NCBI GenBank assembly: GCA_036405415.1
Contig: DASWXP010000002.1
Coordinates: 556,450 to 620,449, forward strand
Length of the DNA stretch: 64,000 nucleotides
Direction of reading: 5' to 3'
DNA from: Minisyncoccota bacterium
GTDB taxonomy: Bacteria > Patescibacteriota > Minisyncoccia > Phycocordibacterales > Phycocordibacteraceae
Shown in pieces: positions 1-10,223 of the stretch; positions within the stretch are counted from its first letter, which is position 1, and each line of letters opens with the position of its first letter. Position numbers and translations under genes: made by a program. The notes under the pieces were generated by a model that was given only the letters and a program-made list of their open reading frames with translations, had not been told where the DNA came from and searched no databases.

Positions 1-756
1 GAGGTCATGGGGTATCTGCTTGCGACCTATCCGGGGCGATTCTCCCTGTTCGAGGAAACGCCGGTAACGAAGCTCTCGCTTAAGGAGGACAGGGGAATCC
101 TGCATACCCGCCAGGGGCATGTGGTCGAAGCGCGCCGCGTCGTTTTGTGCACGAACGGGTTCGAGCAGTTCCATATCGAGAACGAATCAGGAAGCGATAT
201 AGACACGAAGTTCCATCATCTCGTCCAGGGACGCATCGGTTACATGGCTGGGTACCTTGAATCCATGAACGCCTCACCGACCGCGATCAGCTACTTCCCG
301 AAGGGAATGCCTGAGACCGGCGACCCGACCGGCGAGACCTATTTCTATCTCACTCGAAGGCCTCACGGGGAAGAGCAGAACGAGGCGAAGAATCTCGTAT
401 GCGCAGGCGGTCCGGAGCAGGTACTCCCGAACCAGGCCCTCTACTCGCGTGCGGACCACTGTCGCGAGGACGTGCGCGAATCCTTAGATGATTTCCTCAA
501 GGCTACGTACCGGCACTATCCGGACCCAGGCACCGAGTACGCCTTCTGTTGGCACGGACTCATGGGCTACACGCCTGGGGGATTGCGGCGTATCGGCATC
601 GAGCCGTGCAACCCGATCCTCCTCTACAACCTCGGATGTAACGGGGTAGGAATCCTGCCCTCGATATACGGAGGTAAGCGCATCGCGCGCATCCTCGCCG
701 GAGAGGCTGTGGAGCGTTCCATATTCGATCCTGCGGATCAGCGCTGCGCCATATAG
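1..756 (+). CDS. FAD-dependent oxidoreductase (DadA/glycine oxidase-like), 5'-truncated by window edge
   Basis: Motifs ARRVVLCTNG, WHGLMGYTPGG and LGCNGVGI match the C-terminal half of the DAO family; the N-terminal GxGxxG is presumably upstream of the window. Confidence 0.75.
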   Translation, partial: EVMGYLLATYPGRFSLFEETPVTKLSLKEDRGILHTRQGHVVEARRVVLCTNGFEQFHIENESGSDIDTKFHHLVQGRIGYMAGYLESMNASPTAISYFPKGMPETGDPTGETYFYLTRRPHGEEQNEAKNLVCAGGPEQVLPNQALYSRADHCREDVRESLDDFLKATYRHYPDPGTEYAFCWHGLMGYTPGGLRRIGIEPCNPILLYNLGCNGVGILPSIYGGKRIARILAGEAVERSIFDPADQRCAI

Positions 757-786
757 GCTTTGGCGCGCACGCGCTATACTTTCCTC

Positions 787-2472
787 ATGATGGAGAACCC
801 GGAACGCGTGACGTACTTCGGAGCGACTGACGCGCGCGGGAAGCGCGTGCCGTTCGGCATCAAGGCCAAGGACCGGGCGCGCCATATGTACGTGATCGGG
901 AAGACGGGCATGGGCAAGTCCACCTTGCTCGAGAACATGGCGATCCAGGACATCCGGAACGGGGAGGGTATGGCCTTCATCGACCCGCACGGCTCGGCGG
1001 TCGAGACGCTCCTCAATTTCATACCGAAGGAGCGCATCAAGGACGTGGTGTATTTTGCGCCGTTCGACATGGATCATCCGATCGCGTTCAATGTTATGGA
1101 GGACGTGGGATACGACAAGCGCCATCTCGTGGTGTCCGGTCTCATGGCTACCTTCAAGAAGATCTGGGTAGATGCGTGGTCCGCCCGCATGGAGTACATC
1201 CTCTCAAACACCATCCTCGCGCTTCTCGAGTACCCGGGCGCGACCCTGCTCGATGTGAACCGGATGTACACCGACAAGAACTACCGCAAGAAGGTGGTCG
1301 AGAACGTGAAGGACCCGGTGGTGAAGAGCTTCTGGGTGGACGAGTTCGCGAACTATGGCGACCGCTACACGCAGGAAGCGACGCCGTCGATCCAGAACAA
1401 GATCGGCCAGTTCACCTCGAACCCGCTCATCCGCAACATCATCGGCCAGGAAAAGTCCTCGTTCGATATCCGGGATCTCATGGATCGCCGCAAGATCCTC
1501 CTCATCAACCTTTCGAAAGGGCTCGTGGGCGACACGAACATGAAGCTCCTCGGGTCCATGCTCACGACCCGCATCTTCTTGGGGGCGATGAGCCGCGCGA
1601 ACCTGCCGCCGCACGAACTTTCTAAGGCGCCGAAGTTTTACTTCTACGTGGACGAGTTCCAGAACTTCGCGAACGATACGTTCTCGGAGATTCTGTCCGA
1701 GGCCCGAAAGTACCAGCTCAACCTCCTTATCGCGCATCAGTACGTGGCGCAGATGGAAGAGGAGGTGCAGGCTGCGGTGTTCGGCAACGTAGGCACGACG
1801 GTTGCGTTCCGTGTAGGACCGCTCGATGCGGAACTCCTCGAGAAGGTGTTCGCGCCTGAGTTCACGCAGGAAGACCTGGTGAATCTCGGATTCGCGCAGA
1901 TCTACCTGTCCTTGATGATCGACGGCATCGGGTCGCGTCCGTTCTCGGCGATAACCATTCCGCCGATCGAGGCACCTGCGACGTCGTATCGCGAGCAGGT
2001 AATCGAAAGCTCGCGTACGCAGTTCGCAGCACCGCGCGCCGGCATCGAAGAGACGCTCTATACCCGCCTTGCAGAGGCCGCAGCGGAAGTCCAGGCAATG
2101 CACAAGGCTGCATCTGCGGGTCCCGCGAAAAAGCCTGCATACGGGAACCAGAAGCCGCCTGTACGGCGAGAGGAACCGCGCCAGGAGCCCCGGCGAGAGC
2201 AGCGGCCCGAGAAGCAGCCGCCGCACGCTGCCCAGAAGACCGCAGAAGATTTGAAGGCAATCCTCCGGGCAACGGTTGCGAACGCGGACAAGGCCAAGGA
2301 TACTAAGGAGAGAGGGAAGCAGGAGTCGCTTAAGGGCGCCCTCAAGGACGCGCTCAAGCCTGCGCAGGCGCCTGCGACCCCGTCCATTACACAAGGGGCA
2401 GATCTTCCGAAACCGAAGACTGTCTTCGAGGTGCCGGAAGAGACACTCCGTTCACTATTCAAGGATGTCTAA
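787..2472 (+). CDS. VirB4/TraG/HerA-like P-loop ATPase (T4SS coupling-protein-like) with low-complexity C-terminal tail
   Basis: Walker A GKTGMGKS, FIDPHG, Walker B FYVDEFQNF, LSEARKY, AHQY. ATG 787 chosen because TATACT lies at 775-780. Confidence 0.85.
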   Translation: MMENPERVTYFGATDARGKRVPFGIKAKDRARHMYVIGKTGMGKSTLLENMAIQDIRNGEGMAFIDPHGSAVETLLNFIPKERIKDVVYFAPFDMDHPIAFNVMEDVGYDKRHLVVSGLMATFKKIWVDAWSARMEYILSNTILALLEYPGATLLDVNRMYTDKNYRKKVVENVKDPVVKSFWVDEFANYGDRYTQEATPSIQNKIGQFTSNPLIRNIIGQEKSSFDIRDLMDRRKILLINLSKGLVGDTNMKLLGSMLTTRIFLGAMSRANLPPHELSKAPKFYFYVDEFQNFANDTFSEILSEARKYQLNLLIAHQYVAQMEEEVQAAVFGNVGTTVAFRVGPLDAELLEKVFAPEFTQEDLVNLGFAQIYLSLMIDGIGSRPFSAITIPPIEAPATSYREQVIESSRTQFAAPRAGIEETLYTRLAEAAAEVQAMHKAASAGPAKKPAYGNQKPPVRREEPRQEPRREQRPEKQPPHAAQKTAEDLKAILRATVANADKAKDTKERGKQESLKGALKDALKPAQAPATPSITQGADLPKPKTVFEVPEETLRSLFKDV

Positions 2473-3592
2473 ATTCTTCTATGGCCTATTCCTTATCATC
2501 CCTCTCTCACTTGCACCCGGAGTTGCGCACGGGCAGGTACTCGTAAGCGAGATAGCGTGGATGGGGAATGGTGCTGCTACCAATGCCCACTATTGCGAGT
2601 GGGTGGAACTTCATAATCAGGGTGCGGAGCGCGTGTCGCTCTCGGGCTGGAAACTCTCGACCGCCGACGGCGGCATGAACGTATCGCTTACGGGTTCAAT
2701 AGATCCGGGAGCGTATTTCGTCGTAGAGCGGTATACCGCTACCGCGTGTCCTGACCCGGTGCCTGGCATAAGCGACTTGTCCGTATCGTTCGGGAGTGGA
2801 CTCGCCAATTCCGGTGAGATACTCGTGCTTACCGGTGCGGGACAGGAACAGGATCGCGTAGACGCGTCTGTTGGGTGGGAAGATACCGTAGGCGGAGACG
2901 CAACCAAGAAGCTTACGGCTCAGAGAAACGGGGCTTCGTGGGTGACGGCTGAACCAACTCCTGGAGCAGCAAATGCGACGGTGTCGGTTGCAACTGAGGA
3001 GGAATCTACTACGACAACCTCAAGCTCGTCAGGGAGCACGAAGAAAGTAACGAATCCGATCCCGTATCTCGTTATCGAGCCCGGAAAGGACCGCGTGGTA
3101 TCCGTCGGTGCGCATGTAACCTATGCGGCAACCGTGCATGACAGCAAGAGCGAGATCCGGAACCATCCGTATATCACGTGGGCGTTCGGAGACGGCGGGA
3201 GAGAGATCGGGCGGGAGGTGTCGTACAAGTACGACGAGCCGGGAGAGTATCTCGTAGTCGCGCGGGCTCAGGACGGGTATAGCGACGGCCATGCCCTTTT
3301 CACCGTCGTTGCGGATACTGCTGATGTTACGGTTTCAAGCAGCACCGAAAAGGGTATCGAGCTTTTTAACCAGAACGACCGCATCGTCGACCTCTCGCGC
3401 TGGCTACTCTCAAGCGGAGGAGAGACATACCGGCTCCCGGAGGACACGTGGATACTTCCTGGAAGGCGTGTCTGGTTCCTTTCGTCCGTAACGGGCCTTA
3501 GGTCTCTCGGTGAAAGCTCGCTTCTGTATCCTGACGGAAAGATAGCTGCGGCACCCGCGAAACCTGGCGTTCTCGCTGGCGGTTCTCTCTAA
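2465..3592 (+). CDS. Secreted lamin-tail-domain (LTD) + PKD domain protein
   Basis: Signal peptide from ATG 2465; LTD motifs VSEIAWMG..EWVELHN..SLSGWKL and PTPGAAN; PKD motif WAFGDG..YKYDEPGEYLV; second LTD-like segment IELFNQ..DLSRWLL. Confidence 0.75.
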   Translation: MSKFFYGLFLIIPLSLAPGVAHGQVLVSEIAWMGNGAATNAHYCEWVELHNQGAERVSLSGWKLSTADGGMNVSLTGSIDPGAYFVVERYTATACPDPVPGISDLSVSFGSGLANSGEILVLTGAGQEQDRVDASVGWEDTVGGDATKKLTAQRNGASWVTAEPTPGAANATVSVATEEESTTTTSSSSGSTKKVTNPIPYLVIEPGKDRVVSVGAHVTYAATVHDSKSEIRNHPYITWAFGDGGREIGREVSYKYDEPGEYLVVARAQDGYSDGHALFTVVADTADVTVSSSTEKGIELFNQNDRIVDLSRWLLSSGGETYRLPEDTWILPGRRVWFLSSVTGLRSLGESSLLYPDGKIAAAPAKPGVLAGGSL

Positions 3593-3715
3593 GGAAGAGA
3601 AGCCTTAGCAACCAAGAACCATGCATCTGTCACTCTAGCCCCGCCGGGCGCAGCAGAATCTGCGTCCGGCGGGGCGCCATGCGACAGGAGAAGCGAGGGG
3701 CGATACTATGACTGT

Positions 3716-4684
3716 ATGACCAAGATTGTGACTATAGGGGGCGGGACCGGCACATTCGTGGTCCTTTCAGGACTGCGCCGCCTGCCAGACGTTGAGCTCA
3801 CGGCTATCGTCACGAGCGCGGATGACGGAGGTTCAACGGGGAATCTGCGCGACGCGTACGGGTTCCTGCCTGCCGGGGATTCGCGGCAGGCGCTCGTTGC
3901 GCTCGCGGAAGACGGGAACGTGCTGCGCGACTTGTTTGCGTATCGGTTCGAGAAGAGCGAGGTGAAGGGGCACAATCTCGGGAACCTCTTCCTTACGGCG
4001 CTTACGGACATTCTCGGATCAGATGCTGCAGCGCTTGAAGAAGCATCAAGGATTCTGCGCATCTGCGGGACGGTGGTACCCGCGACAGAATATCCTGCAA
4101 CCCTCGTAGCGACGCTTAAGGACGGTACCGTTCTCCGGAACGAGCGGCATATTGATGAGCGTGTCGGAGGCCGCGCTCGGATTGCTGAGATCGCACTTGA
4201 GGAAAATCCTGAAATGTCCCAGGGAGCGCGCAGCGCGATAGAGTCCGCGGACCTGATAATCATCGGCCCGGGGGATCTCTACACGTCAAGCATCGCGGCG
4301 CTCCTGCCGAATGGCATGAAAGAAGCGATCGGAGGCGCCAAGGGCCGTCTTCTGTACGTATCGAATCTGTTTACGAAGTCCGGGCAGACCGAAGACTATT
4401 CGATCAAGGATCATGTGACCGAGGTGGCGCGGTACGCAGGACGCGAGCCTGACATCATTCTCGTGAATCAGGGAGGGTTAACCGAGGACGTGCTCTCTCG
4501 ATACGCTCAGGAAGGGGAGTACCCGCCAAAGGACGACTATCTCGCGTCTGATACGAGGGTACGCAGGCTACCGCTCGTTTCGGTGTATGCTGTTCCTGCA
4601 GTGCCCGGGGACCCGCTTCCGCGCTCCCTGGTGCGTCACGAGCCCGCGAAGCTCGCTGCAGCCATCGCCACTCTTTTCTCATGA
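3716..4684 (+). CDS. yvcK: YvcK/GlmR (UPF0052, CofD-like) family protein
   Basis: KIVTIGGGTG, ADDGGSTG, GHNLGNL, IIGPGDLYTS. Confidence 0.9.
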   Translation: MTKIVTIGGGTGTFVVLSGLRRLPDVELTAIVTSADDGGSTGNLRDAYGFLPAGDSRQALVALAEDGNVLRDLFAYRFEKSEVKGHNLGNLFLTALTDILGSDAAALEEASRILRICGTVVPATEYPATLVATLKDGTVLRNERHIDERVGGRARIAEIALEENPEMSQGARSAIESADLIIIGPGDLYTSSIAALLPNGMKEAIGGAKGRLLYVSNLFTKSGQTEDYSIKDHVTEVARYAGREPDIILVNQGGLTEDVLSRYAQEGEYPPKDDYLASDTRVRRLPLVSVYAVPAVPGDPLPRSLVRHEPAKLAAAIATLFS

Positions 4685-5199
4685 GGTACTATCTCGATTT
4701 CGACAGGACGGTCTTCGATACGGAAGCGTTCTATGCGTACGTTGAAGAGCGCGAGGGCGGGACGCTTTTTGCAGGTCTGCCGCGCGAGGAATACTCATCC
4801 ACGCTTCATAGCATGGCGCATGAAGGTAAGATCGCGTTCGAGCCTGGCGAGCTTTCTCGGTTCCTCTATCCGGACGCCGATCGGTTTCTTCGGGAGAAGG
4901 AGAATGCAGTCACTATCATCACTTTCGGGGACATAACGTTCCAGCAGATGAAGGTTAAGAGCGCGCTTCAGGGTATCCCGCGCATGTCCGTTATGTATAC
5001 GGGAGACGTGCGTAAAGGCGAGTACCTTGCGCCCCACACACATTTGCATGAAGGAGCTATCGCAGTGGACGATCTGCCGATTGAGCTTGAGGGGTATACA
5101 GCACATTGTCCGCCGATCCAGCTCTTTGAGATACGCAGGAACGGCGCACCGGGAGACGGGGGGTGGCCGGTAATCAAAAGTCTTACGGAACTGCCATGA
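4681..5199 (+). CDS. HAD-superfamily hydrolase-like protein
   Basis: Motif I YYLDFDRTVFD and motif IV-like AVDD; ATGA overlap with yvcK. Confidence 0.6.
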   Translation: MRYYLDFDRTVFDTEAFYAYVEEREGGTLFAGLPREEYSSTLHSMAHEGKIAFEPGELSRFLYPDADRFLREKENAVTIITFGDITFQQMKVKSALQGIPRMSVMYTGDVRKGEYLAPHTHLHEGAIAVDDLPIELEGYTAHCPPIQLFEIRRNGAPGDGGWPVIKSLTELP

Positions 5200-6704
5200 C
5201 CACCATCCCGAAGATTATTCATTATGTGTGGGTCGGGGGAAGGCCACTTACGCCGCTTGCGCTCAGTTGTATCGAAAGCTGGAAGACGCACGCGCCTGAC
5301 TACGAGCTCCGCCTCTGGAACGAGGAGAATATTCCACTCGACCATCAGTATGTAATCGAGATGTATCGGATGAAGAGGTGGGCATTCGTGTCGGATTACG
5401 TCCGCTTTTGGGCACTCGAGCGTGAAGGAGGAATCTATCTTGATACGGATATGGAACTATTTCGCCCACTCGACACATTCCTCGAGCAGGGCGCGTTCTT
5501 AGGCCGCTCGAAGAGCGGGCACGTTGAGAGTAGTATTGTCGGAGCCTCTGCAGGGCACCCCTTTATTCGCGCAGCTCTTGCGTTCTACGACCGCGATACG
5601 GAATTCTCGACTGAGAACACGTCTCCGCTCGTGCTCGAGCGAATCTTTAAATCAGGTGCATATCCGGACGTCAGGGTGTACGGCCCAGAATACTTCCACC
5701 CCTGTGACGAAGGGGAGTCCTGCCGCCCGAAAGTCCTTGCACAGGCCTATGCACGGCATCATTGGGCAGAGTCGTGGGTACCGTTCGCGTCGCTCCGAAA
5801 GGCGCTTCGGCGCGTCGGCATCATGCCGGCGCTACGAGCCCTGAAGCGGGGGCTGAGCCCCAAGGCCCGTGTACCGTATCGGCCGCTCGTGTCTATAGCC
5901 ATGACTACTTATAACGGCGGGGACCTGATACGTGAGCAGGTCGATTCGATCCTTGCGCAGACCTACCAGAATCTCGAGCTGGTGATAAGTGATGATGGGA
6001 GCGACGAGAAGACCGTCGCGATACTAAACGAGTACGCAAAGAAGGATCCTCGGGTCTCATGGTCTCGAAGTCCCTTAGAGCGCGGGTACGTGAAGAATAC
6101 TGAGAACTCAATATCGCTCTGTAAGGGGGAGATCATCTTCCTGTGCGACCAGGACGATACATGGTATCCGAAAAAAGTTGAAAAGCATGTGGAGCGATAC
6201 CAGGATCCTTCAGTGACATGGGTTTACAATCGCCTCGTCATTACGGACGCCACAGGTAATGAGATAGGGCACCTTGAGGATACGTTGCCCGACTATTACC
6301 GCCACAAAACCATGCTCGAGAATGCATGGGGAACCTGTATCGGAGGTGCGCAGACATCATATCGCGCCTCGGTAGTGAAGAAAGCAATGCCAGTCGGTAG
6401 GTATGCTCCAGCGCATGATTCCTGGATTCAGCTCGCTATCAATCCCATGAGGGGAACGTTCATAAACGAGATTCTACAGACCTATCGCCAGCATGGCGCG
6501 AACGAGGTGGGTGTGCGGGTGTTCACGCCGGAAGAGGAAGCGGAGCGCGAGACGCGCGCGATATATGAGAATCTCCGGTATCTTCGGAACCTACCTTTAA
6601 ATTCTACGTTGCCGCTCTGGAAAAGGACGTTCTTCCTCCTGGTGTATATAGCAAAGCGCGCCCGTGCAGTGATTAGGAAGGCTCGGTCTCGCTTCGTCTC
6701 CTAA
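5196..6704 (+). CDS. Bifunctional glycosyltransferase: GT32 (OCH1-like DxD) fused to GT2
   Basis: N-half IPKIIHYVWVGG, SDYVRF, GGIYLDTD; C-half VSIAMTTYNG, SDDGS, LCDQDD, HD. Confidence 0.88.
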   Translation: MTTIPKIIHYVWVGGRPLTPLALSCIESWKTHAPDYELRLWNEENIPLDHQYVIEMYRMKRWAFVSDYVRFWALEREGGIYLDTDMELFRPLDTFLEQGAFLGRSKSGHVESSIVGASAGHPFIRAALAFYDRDTEFSTENTSPLVLERIFKSGAYPDVRVYGPEYFHPCDEGESCRPKVLAQAYARHHWAESWVPFASLRKALRRVGIMPALRALKRGLSPKARVPYRPLVSIAMTTYNGGDLIREQVDSILAQTYQNLELVISDDGSDEKTVAILNEYAKKDPRVSWSRSPLERGYVKNTENSISLCKGEIIFLCDQDDTWYPKKVEKHVERYQDPSVTWVYNRLVITDATGNEIGHLEDTLPDYYRHKTMLENAWGTCIGGAQTSYRASVVKKAMPVGRYAPAHDSWIQLAINPMRGTFINEILQTYRQHGANEVGVRVFTPEEEAERETRAIYENLRYLRNLPLNSTLPLWKRTFFLLVYIAKRARAVIRKARSRFVS

Positions 6705-6705
6705 C

Positions 6706-7746
6706 TCATTTCTTACATGAAAGCACAGCAACCTCGTCTCGTCCGGGGTGCAGTATATGCAGCCATCCCAGCACGAACCAACGCAATTGCTTCGCGAGTT
6801 TTTCGTATAGGCCCGTACGTGTTGGAGGTTCTGGGTGACCGTAGCGCATTAACCCTTCGGAAGCGTCGAGCAGATAGTCTACGCCCTGAAGCGAAGAGAA
6901 GGAGCGGACGCTACTGAACCCTGTTTCAGCGCCGAGCGCCTTCAGCGCCTGCGGCGTGAATATCTGTAGATGGTCGGGCTCGAATCCGCGCCAGTCCTTG
7001 CAATATTTCTGATGCCCGCGAGAAGCCGCGTTTGGGGTTATGGCGATAAGGACGCCTCCTTCCTTCAGAATTCTCCGGCATTCCTGAAGCAGCGCCTTGG
7101 CGCACGGTACGTGCTCTATGACATGACTCATGATGATGGCGTCAAAGAATCCTTCCGGAAATTTTTGCGACTCAAGCTCGCCGACGCGCGCATCGGTACC
7201 TAGTGAGCGTGCGACGTCTACGGCAACCGGATCGAAATCAACGCCGATTCCGCGCCAGCCTCTCTGCTCAAGTGCGCGCAGAGAGCTCCCGTTTCCGCAG
7301 CCCACATCAAGTACGGTACCGCCTGGGACCGCAGGAAGGTAGAAGACACTCGCAGCCTGTGTATCTCGCCACGCGGGATGTAGGTAAGCGATAGAGGCGA
7401 GGAAAGGACGAAGCCATCGAGGAGACGAGGATGCATACCCATACCGCGTATACAGGTACTCGTTCCGCACTGCGTCGCGTAGATGCTGGGCGAATCCTCG
7501 AGATTTCGTTCCTTCTTGGCCGCCTTCATGGGTCGGATAATTGATATAGAGCTTCCAGAGGTCCTCGTCTACCGTTACAGGATCCTGCCAGAGAGTACCG
7601 CAGCGCTTATCGTTGCATTGCTTCCATCTCCATGACCCTGGTAATCCGAGAATCCTGTCTACCCACTCCTCGTAAAGCACCTGCCCGCTCGAAGAGCAGG
7701 TAGGGCATTCCGGACGGGGGCGGGTACGAATTGTCGCGTTATCCAT
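6706..7746 (-). CDS. Class I SAM-dependent methyltransferase with N-terminal Cys cluster
   Basis: VLDVGCGNG, FDAIIMSHVIEH, LKEGG; N-terminal CPTC...CNDKRC. Confidence 0.85.
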   Translation of the reverse strand: MDNATIRTRPRPECPTCSSSGQVLYEEWVDRILGLPGSWRWKQCNDKRCGTLWQDPVTVDEDLWKLYINYPTHEGGQEGTKSRGFAQHLRDAVRNEYLYTRYGYASSSPRWLRPFLASIAYLHPAWRDTQAASVFYLPAVPGGTVLDVGCGNGSSLRALEQRGWRGIGVDFDPVAVDVARSLGTDARVGELESQKFPEGFFDAIIMSHVIEHVPCAKALLQECRRILKEGGVLIAITPNAASRGHQKYCKDWRGFEPDHLQIFTPQALKALGAETGFSSVRSFSSLQGVDYLLDASEGLMRYGHPEPPTRTGLYEKLAKQLRWFVLGWLHILHPGRDEVAVLSCKK

Positions 7747-7818
7747 ACGATTTCCGCAGTATAGCAGCCAGGGTTTCCCGGTCTTCGCTGATCAAGTACT
7801 TGGAGTACAATAGCTCCC

Positions 7819-8598
7819 ATGGTCAGGGCTTTCGTGATAAACCTCGATACAGACACGGAGCGCATGGCGTTTATGGCACGCCAGCTCGACGCTCTTGGAA
7901 TTCCGTACGAGCGGTTTGCAGCATTGAGAGGGGAGAGCGTGCCAGCCAAGGAGTACGACGCAGAGGCAGCGCGTTCGACCGGAGGGCACGCGCTTATCCC
8001 TGGCGAGCTTGGATGTGCCGCCTCGCATAAGCGGATATACGAGCAGGTGCTCGCGCGCGGGCTCCCATACGCTCTGGTCCTTGAGGATGATGTCGAGCTC
8101 CCTCGCAATTTCGCAGAGATAGTCGAGGAGGAGGTTGCGCGCAACCGCGGGCAATGGGAGTACCTCCTTTTCGACTACTGGGAACCGGGGATGCCATTTC
8201 TCAATAGATGGTTCAAGTCAGTAGGAAGCACGATCCATGCTTCGCGGAAAAACCCTTTCGTGCTCGCGTGGCACGTACTCTATGCGCTTGCGAAGGTGCC
8301 GTACATAGTCCCGCTCTCCATATTCGAAGGTATTCGTAACGCGTACAAGCGCATGCATCCAGGCCCGGTAGTATTCTACCGACCACTATTCCTGGCAGGG
8401 GCCTACCTTGTGTCTCAGGAAGGCGCGCGGAAGCTTCTTTCGCTTTCAGATCCTATTATCTATACCGCAGATGCGCTTCCGAATGAGGCACGGAGGCGGA
8501 GAGGGCTTGCGTTCAAGGCGTATGCGCCTTGCATAGTGCGTCAGGAAAAGGCTCGATTTGGCTCTAGCATCCTCCACCTCCCAGGCTCCGCAACCTAG
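7819..8598 (+). CDS. Glycosyltransferase family 25
   Basis: FVINLD..ER, GELGCAASH, LVLEDD, GAYLVS..GARKLL. Confidence 0.9.
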   Translation: MVRAFVINLDTDTERMAFMARQLDALGIPYERFAALRGESVPAKEYDAEAARSTGGHALIPGELGCAASHKRIYEQVLARGLPYALVLEDDVELPRNFAEIVEEEVARNRGQWEYLLFDYWEPGMPFLNRWFKSVGSTIHASRKNPFVLAWHVLYALAKVPYIVPLSIFEGIRNAYKRMHPGPVVFYRPLFLAGAYLVSQEGARKLLSLSDPIIYTADALPNEARRRRGLAFKAYAPCIVRQEKARFGSSILHLPGSAT

Positions 8599-8599
8599 C

Positions 8600-9403
8600 A
8601 TGCATACATCCCAACGAGCACTGAGATTTCTTATTCGGTATGCCGCGCACCCGGTGTATATCGTCACCTACCTTGCAAACTATTGGCGCGCAGGGTTTGC
8701 GCTTGGAATCGACTTATACAGCGAGTCTGAAGTAGTGGAAGAAATACGGAGAGGTAGATCCCTCATACGGTTTGGGGATGGAGAGATAAATCTTCTGCTC
8801 GGGCTTCGTAACCACTACCACGGTTACGACCCTAAACTTAGAAGAATGCTAAAGGAGATTGTTAGGGAATATGACAATAACAAGCCGTACATACTCGCCG
8901 TACCGAAGTTTCTAAACTATAGCAATGCTGAGCTAAGACAAGTCGGGAGACTAAACCTGTGGATGCCGTTCAAGATCATGTTCATGCTGTTGTTTCCGAA
9001 ACATGCACGATACATGGATGCGCACTGCTTCTACTACACCGGCTACTTCGAACGGTTCGTCGCTCCAGCGATTGAGGGGAAGCGCGTGATCTTCGTAACG
9101 AATGAGGCTACTCTTGCAAGGCAGCGCACAAACCCTGCCTTCCCGTGGAAAGACAGTATCGAGATTTCAACCCCGAACGAGGAAGCTTTAGCTGTCTACG
9201 AAACGGTGCGTGCAGAACTCCATGAGACTCTATCCCAAGGAAGAAATGGAGAGTTCGTCACGCTTATATCGATGGGTCCGGCAGGTAAGTACTTGGCGAA
9301 GGAACTCGCTGAAGCAGGATATCAGGTTATCGATCTCGGTAAGGCAGCTGAGGTTATATACACTGAGGAGTCGATTGAGTGGATGATATTAGGAGCCCTC
9401 TAG
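8600..9403 (+). CDS. GT-D fold glycosyltransferase (DUF1792/GT101)
   Basis: SLIRFGDGE, L..MLKEI, SMGPAGK, IDLGK. Confidence 0.8.
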   Translation: MHTSQRALRFLIRYAAHPVYIVTYLANYWRAGFALGIDLYSESEVVEEIRRGRSLIRFGDGEINLLLGLRNHYHGYDPKLRRMLKEIVREYDNNKPYILAVPKFLNYSNAELRQVGRLNLWMPFKIMFMLLFPKHARYMDAHCFYYTGYFERFVAPAIEGKRVIFVTNEATLARQRTNPAFPWKDSIEISTPNEEALAVYETVRAELHETLSQGRNGEFVTLISMGPAGKYLAKELAEAGYQVIDLGKAAEVIYTEESIEWMILGAL

Positions 9404-9431
9404 AGCGCTCTCCAAGAGTGAGAGAGGTGAC

Positions 9432-10223
9432 CTAGGCCTTTCCGTAGAGCGATGCGAGGTCCTGGAGCTGCACTTTGAGCGGAGGAAGTACTGCGTCACT
9501 TACGAGGCACTTGTTTACGGTCTCCGGAGTCTCAAACGGCTCTAGGGAGATTTCCTTCCCGTACACCTTGGCGACGATACGCAGAACATCGTGCTTACTC
9601 ATGCATTCGGGAGAGGCAATCTGCGTAAGCCTCGGATAGGCATCCCAGTCGCGAATAAGCATGAGCGCCTGCTTTGCCCACTGAAGCGTCGTGATGCCGT
9701 TCCAGTAATGATTGCTATAGCCTCGTACCGTACCTTCGCTCGCGAGGAACCAGTCGAGGAGCGAAAGGGCGGTGCCGCTCTCGTGCCCGATTATCGAGGT
9801 CCGTATGATCTTCGTATGGGATCCGTGTTCCTCGATCCATGCAGATGCCTTTGCCTTGCTTCTGCCGTACGCATCAGCTGCATCGCGCGACGCATCCTTC
9901 TCATACCGCTCGCCAGGAGGAATGGTTCCGAGGAACTCGCAATCCGTGGAGGGGTGGATCACGCGGCTCCCGACGCTGTCGAGGAACAGGGGAAGGGCTA
10001 CGTTCAGCGTTTCGTAGTCGGAGGCCGTCCCACCTTTCTGCGGAATCTTGCCGATTGCATTAACGATATAGTCCGCACTGGAACCGAGGACGGCTTCCTT
10101 AAACGCTTCGTCGGGCCATCGCGCGCTCGTGGTCACGCATTCTATATCAGCATACGAATCGAGGTGCCTGAAGACCGCATCCCCGAGCATGCCCCGATGT
10201 CCAAGAATGAGTACTCGAGTCAT
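9432..10223 (-). CDS. NDP-sugar 4-keto reductase (RmlD-like SDR)
   Basis: GHRGMLG, PSTDCEF, YGRSK, IRTSIIG. Confidence 0.85.
   Translation of the reverse strand: MTRVLILGHRGMLGDAVFRHLDSYADIECVTTSARWPDEAFKEAVLGSSADYIVNAIGKIPQKGGTASDYETLNVALPLFLDSVGSRVIHPSTDCEFLGTIPPGERYEKDASRDAADAYGRSKAKASAWIEEHGSHTKIIRTSIIGHESGTALSLLDWFLASEGTVRGYSNHYWNGITTLQWAKQALMLIRDWDAYPRLTQIASPECMSKHDVLRIVAKVYGKEISLEPFETPETVNKCLVSDAVLPPLKVQLQDLASLYGKA

Noticed and set aside
3590-3716. Frame stays open from the TAA at 3592 into yvcK (possible readthrough or fusion)
   Set aside because: 41 stop-free codons is plausible by chance at this GC content; fusing a secreted LTD protein to cytoplasmic YvcK makes little sense
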